This document shows, in pieces, positions 24,118-31,928 of a stretch of DNA of 32,000 bases (position 1 is the first letter of the stretch; each line of letters begins with the position of its first letter). Location of the stretch: positions 1,890,001-1,922,000 of the forward strand of contig NC_010655.1 in NCBI RefSeq assembly GCF_000020225.1, written 5' to 3'. Both the position numbers and the translations under genes were made by a program. Under the pieces are notes generated by a model that saw nothing but the letters and a program-made list of their open reading frames with translations, had not been told where the DNA came from and made no database searches. This DNA is from Akkermansia muciniphila ATCC BAA-835 (lineage in GTDB: Bacteria > Verrucomicrobiota > Verrucomicrobiia > Verrucomicrobiales > Akkermansiaceae).

Positions 24118-25209
24118 TTACTTGAACAGCTGGCGGCAATACGGCTCCACCCGTTTCATTGCCGGGTTGTCCTTGACAGCCTGGTCGCGATCATCCCGGC
24201 AGGGGAAAAGGTACAGGGCGTATCCCCCGTAGCCGCCTCCCAGATATTTTTTTGCAAGGGCATTGGGAATATCCGGCAGGGGGCGCATTCCTTCGTCAAG
24301 CTGCACGCTGTAGTACAGGGCTACGCCTGCCGCCAGTGTATTGATGTTGCGTTCCAGCACTCCGGTGCGGGCAATGAGGGAGGATTGGGAGATGCGTACG
24401 TAGTCCCGTTGTTCATCCGCCATCTTTGGGGTGTCGTGTTCTTCACCCGTATATAGAATGGCCATTCTTCCTTCCAGGAAGTCACCCGTGCCTTTGACAT
24501 CCAGCACCGGAGAACTGCCGGAGCGCCATACGCACAACCCCGTTTCCGCAATGACGGCAGGATCCTGCCAACCGACGCCCAGAGCGAGTTCGGACGCGAC
24601 CGGATCGCGCCCTTCCAGCATGGCCCACGCGCCGCTGCCTCCCAGCCCGGAGCGTTTTTCATACGGCCATTCGCAGAGGGAAACCATGGGGGTGATGGCG
24701 CAGTTGACCACATAGGAGCCTTTTCTGGCGTAGCGGGGCACGTCCAGCCATCCCCCGGCAAAGTCCACGCGAAGCGGTACGGCGGACGGAGCCTTGATGC
24801 GGTTCACCAGCATGGTGGTGGAGACGGGAGTGAATTTGGGGGGCGTCTTGGGGAGCACCACGTAATTGGCTCCGACGCGGGCGCACAGCTCCTTCTTGAT
24901 ATCGCTGTAAAGGTCGTCTTCCGTCACAGCCAGGATGTCCGGTTTTTCCTGAAGAAACTCTTCTTCAAAATCCAGGCCCTTTTTCATGCCGGTACCCAGG
25001 ATAACCTTGTCAACCATGCGCAGGCTTTCCAGCAGAACTTTTTTGTGTTCGTCCGGAATGGACGGCTTGCGCTGCTTGTGGTGCCACAGCACGGGTTCCG
25101 AAGCGAAAGAGACGATTAGATAGTCGCCCAGAGCGCGGGCTTCTTCAAAGAACTGGATATGGCCAGCGTGGACGATATCATAGCAGCCGGAGACGAAAAC
25201 TTTTTTCAT
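24118..25209 (-). CDS. Fusion protein: N-terminal cytidylyltransferase-like nucleotidyltransferase plus C-terminal GHMP-kinase-like domain
   Basis: The N-terminus MKKVFVSGCYDIVHAGHIQFFEEA carries the (H/T)xGH nucleotidyltransferase signature. The C-terminal ~225 aa carry GHMP-like motifs: RVDFAGGWLDVP, RSGLGGSGAWAM (compare PxGSGLGSSAA) and KYLGGGYGGYALYLF. ATG at 25207-25209. Stop TAA at 24118-24120, 14 nt before the murJ ATG. Confidence 0.8.
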   Translation of the reverse strand: MKKVFVSGCYDIVHAGHIQFFEEARALGDYLIVSFASEPVLWHHKQRKPSIPDEHKKVLLESLRMVDKVILGTGMKKGLDFEEEFLQEKPDILAVTEDDLYSDIKKELCARVGANYVVLPKTPPKFTPVSTTMLVNRIKAPSAVPLRVDFAGGWLDVPRYARKGSYVVNCAITPMVSLCEWPYEKRSGLGGSGAWAMLEGRDPVASELALGVGWQDPAVIAETGLCVWRSGSSPVLDVKGTGDFLEGRMAILYTGEEHDTPKMADEQRDYVRISQSSLIARTGVLERNINTLAAGVALYYSVQLDEGMRPLPDIPNALAKKYLGGGYGGYALYLFPCRDDRDQAVKDNPAMKRVEPYCRQLFK

Positions 25210-25288
25210 GCGTGTAATGATAGATAATTAGTCTGCAACAGTATGCCCTATTGCCGTGCCGGATGCAAGAGCGAGATGAAAATGCGTT

Positions 25289-25325
25289 AAAAAACGGCGC
25301 GGACTACAGAAAGCCCGTGCCGTTT
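25289..25325 (-). terminator. Rho-independent terminator after the superoxide dismutase gene
   Basis: 11-bp stem: 25292-25302 AAACGGCGCGG pairs with 25315-25325 CCGTGCCGTTT (one G-T pair), with a 12-nt loop. The minus strand runs into T6 (complement of A25289-A25294). Confidence 0.7.
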
Positions 25326-25358
25326 GGGGATAGGAAAAATCAACTTCTGCAAAAACGG

Positions 25359-26102
25359 TCAGGAAGCCATAGCCTCCTGGTAGCGGCGTTCCACATCGTC
25401 CCAGTTGATCAGGCGGCAGAAGTCTTCAATATAGTCCGCCCGGAGGTTCTGGTGCTTCAGATAATAGGCGTGTTCCCAAACGTCACAGACGAGAATGGGG
25501 ACGAGACCGGGAATTTCCAGATTCTGATGTTTTTCCGCCCCGCAGATTACCAGCGTCTTGCTGATGGGGTCCACGCCCAGAATGCCCCAGCCGGAACCTT
25601 CCACGCCCTGGGAAGCCGCCTTGAATTCCTTCATCATAGCTTCCAGAGAACCGAATTTTTCCTTGATGGCATCTACCAGAGGACCTTGCGGCTCTTTTTT
25701 GGGATCAGGCGTCATGTTGGTCCAGTAAATGGTATGGAGAACATGGCCGGAAGCATTGAAGGACAAGTTACGCACCCAGTTGGTGGTGGCGGAAGCGTCC
25801 AGTTTCCCGTCCGCAATTTCACGGAGCTTTTCAGCCGCGGCATTGGCTCCGGCGACATAGGCCGCATGATGCTTGTCGTGGTGGATGCGCACGGTTTTTT
25901 CATCCAGCATGGGTTCAAGCGCGTCGTAGGCGTACGGAAGGGGTGGCAGTACATATTTGCCGTCGGCATAGCCGATCGTGGAGGGGGCTTGCTGTTTAGT
26001 CATCTTGTGCTGTGGTTGTATGAATGGCCCTGTTGCCCGGGCCTGGCTGATTGTTCCCAGCGCCGCCAATGAGGAAAGAGCAATAAAACGCCTTCTGTTC
26101 AT
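25359..26102 (-). CDS. Fe/Mn-family superoxide dismutase with twin-arginine (Tat) signal peptide
   Basis: ATG at 26100-26102 gives MNRRRFIALSSLAALGTISQARA, an RRxF Tat motif plus an AxA cleavage site. The SOD core has the expected metal ligand contexts: RIHHDKHHAAYV, ASGHVLHTIYW and CDVWEHAYYL. Confidence 0.92.
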   Translation of the reverse strand: MNRRRFIALSSLAALGTISQARATGPFIQPQHKMTKQQAPSTIGYADGKYVLPPLPYAYDALEPMLDEKTVRIHHDKHHAAYVAGANAAAEKLREIADGKLDASATTNWVRNLSFNASGHVLHTIYWTNMTPDPKKEPQGPLVDAIKEKFGSLEAMMKEFKAASQGVEGSGWGILGVDPISKTLVICGAEKHQNLEIPGLVPILVCDVWEHAYYLKHQNLRADYIEDFCRLINWDDVERRYQEAMAS

Positions 26103-26219
26103 GTCCGCGCCATGGGAATGCATGGGTGTTTAGACATGGATTGTTTTGGAGTTGTTCAAAAAACAGGAACCTCGGTGTTCTATTTTTCTTCTTGTAGAGG
26201 CAGCTGGGAAAAAGCTTTT

Positions 26220-27680
26220 CTACCTTCTGGCGGCTGCTGCCGGGCCCTGGGCTCCATAGGCGCTGACGCCCCTGACGGCGACAGACCCCGCATCCCCCAG
26301 GAAGGATTTGGGCAGGGTTACGCGGGTCTGGCTGCCCGGCAGAAGGATGCGCGTAGCCCACTGGCTGCCGTAGCGCGCCTGGACGGCCCATTTCCGGGAG
26401 GGATTGCCGGACGGCTGCCAGGAGAGGGTTACGGTGGAACCATTGTCCGCCACATAAAAATTCTGCGGTTGTCCGGGTGTGCCGGTTCCGCACCAGGGCA
26501 TGGCGGGCGGAACGGCCATGGAGGGGTACAATCTGTTCAGGTATTTCTGGATGCCTCCGGCATTCCGCATGATGGATTTGATGCTCCAGAAGCATTGCCC
26601 GGGGGCGGTTCTGGCAAGGCTGCGGGAGTAGTTGACCTGCGCCGCTATTTCAGAGGCGGGGCGGCCCGGGTCTTCGCTGCTCATGATACGTGCCGTGGCA
26701 ATGCCGGGCCACACCGGGCGTCTGGAGTTCTGGGCGGCCCACCATTGCATCAATGCGGGAAAGCTCTGCTTGGCCGGGCTGCAGCGCCAGTAAAGCTGGG
26801 GGGCCAGGTAATCCACCCATCCGCGGGAAAGCCACTTGCGGGCGTCGCACGCCAGATGCTCGTAGGCGTCCACTCCCGCTTCAATGCCGCCGGGAACGCC
26901 CGGCCTCCAGATGCCGAACGGGCTGACGCCCACCCGCACCCAGGGTTTGGAAGATTTGACGGATTTGTACATGTCTTGCACGAAGCCGTCAATGTAGCCC
27001 CGGCGCTGGGAGGGGGATTTCCCGTCTCCAAAGCTGGCGGGAGACCAGGCGCGGCCGGGAGTGGGATAGGGGTAGAAATAGTCGTCCAGGTGCACCCCGT
27101 CAATGTCGTAGCGGCGCACGACATCCATGATAACCTTCAGCGCGTGGTCGCGGGAGGCGGAGGCGCTGGGGTTTATCAGCAGCACGGAGCCGTTTCGCTT
27201 CATCAAATCAGGGCGCGTGAGGGAAATATGGTTGCGGCCTACGGCATGCTTGACGTTGGCCTTCGCCCGGAATGGGTTGAACCAGGCGTGCAGTTCAATG
27301 CCGCGGCGGTGAGCCTCCTGAATGGCGAAAGCCAGAGGATCATACCCAGGATTGACGCCCGGGCCGGAAAGCCATTGGCTCCACGGTTCCAGAGAAGAGC
27401 GGTACAGGGCGTCGGCGTTCGGGCGCACTTGGAGAAACACGGCGTTCAGCTTCAACTGGGCGCAGGTATTCAGGATGTTCAGCAGCTCCGCGCGCTGGGC
27501 TGCTCCGGAGAGGCCGGAACGGGAGGGCCAGTCAATATTATGAACGGTGGATATCCATGCCGCGCGGAATTCCTGGGGGACAGCGGGAACGGATTCTCCG
27601 GAGGTCTGCCACCCAAGCGCCTGGGAAGCCAGGGCCAGCAGGGAGCAGGAGAAGGCATGGAACAGGGGAAATCTGGTCAT
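26220..27680 (-). CDS. Secreted glycoside hydrolase-like family 10 protein (GHL10/DUF187, YngK-like)
   Basis: 486 aa. It has a signal peptide (MTRFPLFHAFSCSLLALASQALG). The TIM-barrel region strings EFRAAWISTVHNIDWPS, LNAVFLQVRPNADALY, ELHAWFNPFRA and GVHLDDYFYPYP are typical of this family. A C-terminal beta-rich domain follows. Confidence 0.85.
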   Translation of the reverse strand: MTRFPLFHAFSCSLLALASQALGWQTSGESVPAVPQEFRAAWISTVHNIDWPSRSGLSGAAQRAELLNILNTCAQLKLNAVFLQVRPNADALYRSSLEPWSQWLSGPGVNPGYDPLAFAIQEAHRRGIELHAWFNPFRAKANVKHAVGRNHISLTRPDLMKRNGSVLLINPSASASRDHALKVIMDVVRRYDIDGVHLDDYFYPYPTPGRAWSPASFGDGKSPSQRRGYIDGFVQDMYKSVKSSKPWVRVGVSPFGIWRPGVPGGIEAGVDAYEHLACDARKWLSRGWVDYLAPQLYWRCSPAKQSFPALMQWWAAQNSRRPVWPGIATARIMSSEDPGRPASEIAAQVNYSRSLARTAPGQCFWSIKSIMRNAGGIQKYLNRLYPSMAVPPAMPWCGTGTPGQPQNFYVADNGSTVTLSWQPSGNPSRKWAVQARYGSQWATRILLPGSQTRVTLPKSFLGDAGSVAVRGVSAYGAQGPAAAARR

Positions 27681-27732
27681 GACGGGAATGGAGAGGGATG
27701 TTTCCGGAACATTTAAAGCCTATTCGGAGGAT

Positions 27733-27770
27733 CTGTCCATGACGGATGCCGGAGGTTCCGTCATGGACAG
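27733..27770 (-). terminator. Perfect 14-bp inverted repeat immediately after larB (terminator-like or binding site)
   Basis: CTGTCCATGACGGA (27733-27746) pairs with TCCGTCATGGACAG (27757-27770), with a 10-nt loop. It starts 8 nt after the larB stop. No U-tract follows on the minus strand. Confidence 0.45.
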
Positions 27771-27777
27771 GCGGCCC

Positions 27778-28533
27778 TCAGCTGGGCCGGGATGCCAGGC
27801 TGTTGATCAGGTGGGCGTTGAAACCGGCCCCGAAGCCGTTGTCTATGTTGACGACGGAAACACCGTTGGCGCAGGAATTCATCATGGCGAGCAGGGTGGT
27901 TACCCCGCGGAAATTGGCTCCATAGCCCACGCTGGTAGGCACGGCTATCACAGGGGCCTTTACCAGGCCTGCCAGCACGCTGGGGAGAGCTCCTTCCATG
28001 CCCGCCACGGCCACCAGCGCAGTAGCTTGGCGGATGGAGTCCAGATGGGAAACCAGGCGGTGCAGGCCGGCCACGCCGCAATCCCGGTACCGGACTACCC
28101 GGCTGCCCAGAAATTCCGCCGTCAGGGCGGCCTCCTCCGCTACGTATTGGTCCGAGGTCCCCGCGCTGACGATGCCGACGAAGCCCGCCGTTCGCGGAAC
28201 GGGATTCGGAGCAATGCGCATGAGACGGGCTTCCGGGTGCATGTCCGCCGCCGGAAAGGCGCGGTTCAGGTAGTCCAGAGCTTCCCCGCTCAGACGCGTG
28301 GCCAGAACATTTTGTCCGGCGGCAAGCAGGCTGCGGGCTATCTCTTCAATCTGGTCCGGCGTTTTTCCTGCGCCGTAAATGACTTCCGGGCACCCGGTGC
28401 GTTCCAGGCGGCTGTAATCAATGTCCGTATGGGAAGGAGCGGGTACGGTGCCGGCTCTAATTTTTTCCGCCGCTTCCTCCGCAGAAAGGAGGCCTTTTTT
28501 AAATTGATGCAGAATGGAGGTGATGTCGTTCAT
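27778..28533 (-). CDS. larB: Nickel-pincer cofactor biosynthesis protein LarB (pyridinium-3,5-biscarboxylic acid mononucleotide synthase, PurE-like)
   Basis: 251 aa. The AIR-carboxylase-like core is readable: GIVSAGTSDQYVAEEAALTAEFLG...VAVAGMEGALPSVLAGLVKAPVIAVPTSVGYG. The ATG (28531-28533) overlaps the larE stop in an ATGA arrangement. Confidence 0.9.
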   Translation of the reverse strand: MNDITSILHQFKKGLLSAEEAAEKIRAGTVPAPSHTDIDYSRLERTGCPEVIYGAGKTPDQIEEIARSLLAAGQNVLATRLSGEALDYLNRAFPAADMHPEARLMRIAPNPVPRTAGFVGIVSAGTSDQYVAEEAALTAEFLGSRVVRYRDCGVAGLHRLVSHLDSIRQATALVAVAGMEGALPSVLAGLVKAPVIAVPTSVGYGANFRGVTTLLAMMNSCANGVSVVNIDNGFGAGFNAHLINSLASRPS

Positions 28534-29345
28534 GAGGGTTCGTTCATGCTCCCTCTGGAATATCCTTCCAGATCCAGGGTGATGTGCCGGAAGCCCAGTT
28601 CCCGCAGCCGGCGTGCTGCGGTGGAGGCAAGCTGTCCGTCCCAGAACAGTCTGCGTTCCTTTTCCGGCAATTCAATGCGGGCCAGGCTGTCTCCGTGAGC
28701 ACGGACACGGCAGCCTTTCAGACCCAGGGTTCTCAGGAAAGATTCCGCTGCGTCCACGCGTCTCAGCAGAACTTCCGTTACGGGGCGGTTGTGTTCCAGG
28801 CGGGTTAGCAGGCACGCATAGGCCGGTTTGCCGCTGACTGATTCCGGAAGACCCAGCCGGCAGGCCAGCCGGCGGATATCCTCCTTATCCATGGAAGCTT
28901 CCAGAAAGGGACTCGGGATGCCGAGCTCCTGCAAAGCTTTGCGGCCTGGCCGGTAATCGTCCAGGTCGTCAAGATTGGAACCGTCCGCCAGCAGGGGGAA
29001 CCCCATCTCAGCCGCTCTGGCTGCCAGGGAGGAAAACAGGGCATGCTTGCACAGGTAGCAGCGCAGGGGAGGATTATTCGCAAGGGCGGGAAGGATGGGA
29101 AACGCCAGTTTTTCCTGCCGGACGCCCAGGCGGCGGCACAACGCCGTGCTGTCCCGCACTTCCTCCTCCATCACGTAGGGCGTTCGCGCAGTCAGTGCCA
29201 GGCAGTGATCCGCTCCCAGGATACGGACGGCGGCGGCAAGCAACACGCTGCTGTCCAGCCCCCCGGACAAGGCGACGGCAATGCGTTTCCTGGGGAGAAG
29301 GACGGCGCGAAGCCGTTCAAACGGAGTCTGTGGCGTCGTTGTCAT
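28530..29345 (-). CDS. larE: Nickel-pincer cofactor biosynthesis protein LarE (PP-loop ATP-dependent sulfur transferase)
   Basis: 271 aa with the PP-loop motif IAVALSGGLDSS. Cysteines are present in RCYLCK (Cys96 and Cys99) and PAYACLLTR (Cys178). Confidence 0.9.
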   Translation of the reverse strand: MTTTPQTPFERLRAVLLPRKRIAVALSGGLDSSVLLAAAVRILGADHCLALTARTPYVMEEEVRDSTALCRRLGVRQEKLAFPILPALANNPPLRCYLCKHALFSSLAARAAEMGFPLLADGSNLDDLDDYRPGRKALQELGIPSPFLEASMDKEDIRRLACRLGLPESVSGKPAYACLLTRLEHNRPVTEVLLRRVDAAESFLRTLGLKGCRVRAHGDSLARIELPEKERRLFWDGQLASTAARRLRELGFRHITLDLEGYSRGSMNEPS

Positions 29346-30537
29346 GGGAAGATGTGGGAAAAAGCCCCATCAGCTGGCATTGTCCCAGCGGCAATCCGGT
29401 TTTTTCCGCCAGGATTCTGCAATCTTCAAATTCCGCTTTCCGGTAATGGGGGCGGCCGTGCATGAAAGAAGTTTTTACATGAACCGTTCCATGGGGAGTG
29501 TGGACAGGGGCGCTTTCCCGGCGCAGAATATGGCGGAGCATGCCATGCTGCCTGATGCCCGGCGTGCTGCTGTGCCGGAAGAAGGCTTCCCGCACGCGGT
29601 CCGTCTGTTCCGGCTGGCACAGGGCGCAAACCTTGACTGCCAGACGGCCTTTCTTCATGCAGACGGACTCCTGCCAGGTATCCAGAGCACCTGCCTCCAT
29701 CAGCTTTTCCGCCAGGTAGGCTGTCTGTTCCGGCGTCATATCGTCTATATTGGCGCACAGCTCCGTCAGCAGTTCCGGGGAAGTTTCCTCTTCTTCCGTT
29801 TCTACCAGCATCACCCGTAGAATATTCGGTACGGGAAGTCCCTGGCGGTGGCCGATCCCATAGCCGGTTGCGGTAATACGGCCTGCCAGCGGAGAGGGGA
29901 CGGGCTGCGCCAGGGCGGCAATGTAGGCGGCTCCGGTGGGTGTAGTGGCCTCATGGGTGGTTCCATTCAAGGTGGCCCGGAAATGTTTCGCCAGCAAAGC
30001 CGTTGCCGGCGCAGGAACGGGCATTGTTCCGTGCTGGCAGGTTACGGTGCCAGACCCCAGCTCCACCGGTCCGGTGAAGACGGTGTCCACCCGGAGCATT
30101 TCCAGGCAGATGGCAGCTCCCGCGATATCGATGATGGAATCCACCGCGCCCACTTCATGGAAATGTACTTCTTCAGAAGTAGTGCCGTGTACGCGGGCTT
30201 CCGCCTCCGCCAGCAGGGTGAAAATAGAAAGGGCCGTCCGTTTTACGGTATTGGAAAGGGCGCTTGTCTCAATAAGCTTTCGTATATCCGCCATAGTTCG
30301 GTGATGGTGCGCATGGCTGCTGCCGGAATGCCCTTCTTCCTCCGTCAGCACGTCAATCCGTGTTCCCCGGATGCCGTGCTGCTGCGCCGGGCGGCATTCC
30401 AGCTTCCACTCCCCGTGCACATGCAATTTGGACAGTTCCCGTTCCAGGTTTTCCCGGTCCGCTCCCAAATCAATCAGGGCGGCCAGATTCATATCTCCGC
30501 TGATGCCCGCGCTGCAATCATAGACCAAGGCTCTCAT
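29317..30537 (-). CDS. larC: Nickel insertion protein LarC (single fused polypeptide)
   Basis: ATG at 30535-30537 gives MRALVYDCSAGISGDMNLAALIDLG, the DUF111/LarC N-terminal signature. A His-rich segment EEEGHSGSSHAHHHR is present. 406 aa, continuous through both LarC halves. The 3' end overlaps larE by 29 nt. Confidence 0.9.
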   Translation of the reverse strand: MRALVYDCSAGISGDMNLAALIDLGADRENLERELSKLHVHGEWKLECRPAQQHGIRGTRIDVLTEEEGHSGSSHAHHHRTMADIRKLIETSALSNTVKRTALSIFTLLAEAEARVHGTTSEEVHFHEVGAVDSIIDIAGAAICLEMLRVDTVFTGPVELGSGTVTCQHGTMPVPAPATALLAKHFRATLNGTTHEATTPTGAAYIAALAQPVPSPLAGRITATGYGIGHRQGLPVPNILRVMLVETEEEETSPELLTELCANIDDMTPEQTAYLAEKLMEAGALDTWQESVCMKKGRLAVKVCALCQPEQTDRVREAFFRHSSTPGIRQHGMLRHILRRESAPVHTPHGTVHVKTSFMHGRPHYRKAEFEDCRILAEKTGLPLGQCQLMGLFPTSSHDNDATDSV

Positions 30538-30739
30538 GATGGCCCAGTGTAGAAGGAAAAACTCCTGGCTCAAGGTCAAAATGAGCCTTATCCCGGGAGA
30601 GGGCCCGGTGCCTGGCGGACCGGGTTTGGCGGATTGCCGTCCGGTTATGAGAAAGATGCCCTGTGAAATACATTGCTAGGGAACTTTAAATATGCCACAA
30701 TCCCTGCGGCGCTGACCAGCGCCGCCCCCGTTCTATATC

Positions 30740-31750
30740 ATGTCCATTCCGTTCTTTTCGAAATTACGATCCCAGAAGCATTATCTTCAACTGGTTAAAC
30801 CGGAATTGAAGCAGGTTTCCGAGTTTGTTGAAGCGCAATCATCATGTTTTGACCCGGAAGTGGCCGATTACATGGAAACGGTATGCCAGTCCAAGGGTAA
30901 AATGCTCCGTCCGGCCCTGGTTCTGCTGGTTGCCGGCGCTACGGGCGGCATCAAGCCTGCCCATATCCGCCTGGGTGCTTTGCTGGAAATGGTGCATCTG
31001 GCTTCCCTTGTGCATGATGACGTGATTGACGAGGCCGACAAACGCCGGGACGAGGCTACGGCGAATGCCCTCTGGGGCAACAGCCTCGCCGTACTGCTGG
31101 GGGATGTCCTCTTTTCCCACGCCATGGTGCTGGGTACGGAATTCGGCAGCACGGAATTCTGCCGCAGGCTGGCGAATACCGTCAGGAACGTATGCCAGGG
31201 GGAGGTAGCCCAGTCCAGCCGCCTGTATGATCTGAGCATGACCCGCGAGGAATATTTTGAAATCATCCGGAAAAAAACCGCTTCCCTTTTCTCCGCAGCT
31301 ACGGGGGGGGCTGGCTGGATTTCCGGAGTAACCCCGGAAGTGGAGGAATCCCTTTACCAGCTGGGGGATCTGCTGGGTGTGGCTTACCAGATTTACGACG
31401 ACTGCCTGGACATGGTGGGAGATGAAGACGATGCCGGAAAGACGCTTCATACGGATGCCACCAAGGGCAAGCTGACCCTTCCCATCTTCAATTTGCTGGA
31501 ATGCGGTGACAGGAATGTGGAAGCTACCCTGCGGGACGCCATTGAAAACCGTGAAGTGGTGGATTACTCCGCCTTTCAGGACAATCCCGTTTTTGCAGAG
31601 GCTCTGGACAAGGCGATTCAGGTAGCTCTGGAGAAAAACGAGGCGGCCCGCGAAATTCTGTGGCTCCTTCCCCAAACGGAATATCGTGAAGCTTTGGCGG
31701 AAATGACCTTTTACATGGACGAGCTGCTTAACGACTGCCGTATCTCCTGA
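30740..31750 (+). CDS. Long-chain polyprenyl diphosphate synthase (IspB/HepT-like)
   Basis: 336 aa with ATG at 30740. The first Asp-rich motif is LVHDDVIDEADKRRD and the second is YQIYDDCLDMVGD. Confidence 0.92.
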   Translation: MSIPFFSKLRSQKHYLQLVKPELKQVSEFVEAQSSCFDPEVADYMETVCQSKGKMLRPALVLLVAGATGGIKPAHIRLGALLEMVHLASLVHDDVIDEADKRRDEATANALWGNSLAVLLGDVLFSHAMVLGTEFGSTEFCRRLANTVRNVCQGEVAQSSRLYDLSMTREEYFEIIRKKTASLFSAATGGAGWISGVTPEVEESLYQLGDLLGVAYQIYDDCLDMVGDEDDAGKTLHTDATKGKLTLPIFNLLECGDRNVEATLRDAIENREVVDYSAFQDNPVFAEALDKAIQVALEKNEAAREILWLLPQTEYREALAEMTFYMDELLNDCRIS

Positions 31751-31928
31751 CCTGCTTCAAGGAGTTTTTGTCCGGTCATGCCCTCCTTATGTAATTTGTG
31801 TCTTCCGGCATTTTCCCAAAAGGAAACCTGCCGGAGGGAATGGGAGGAGCGCATGCTGGTTACGGCCTGATTGTTTTTTCAAAACATGGTTAAACCCGGC
31901 CACGCGCCCGGGAACGGCAGTGCTTTCT

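Noticed and set aside
29317-29345. The 29-nt larC/larE overlap considered as a sign of frameshift or pseudogenisation, or of a LarC1/LarC2-type programmed frameshift.
   Set aside because: Both reading frames are intact and full length, with family motifs at both ends, and LarC is continuous through both halves. Short overlaps are normal for translationally coupled operon genes.
461-31675. Other long 'shadow' ORFs in the track: 461..1006, 4207..5058, 5960..6970, 7596..8033, 8987..9592, 12016..12636, 13140..13700, 16163..17404, 17019..18308, 19400..20287, 21721..22428, 22475..23374, 25251..26072, 26112..27716, 27547..28698, 29848..30552, 30842..31675.
   Set aside because: Each lies antisense to a gene with clear family signatures. 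For every one I checked, the coordinates have the same residue mod 3 as the real gene on the other strand (for 17019..18308, the phase of gspE paralogue 2, which it mostly overlaps). That explains the lack of stops by TTA/CTA/TCA avoidance. The translations are Arg/Gly/His/Pro-rich with no recognisable motifs.
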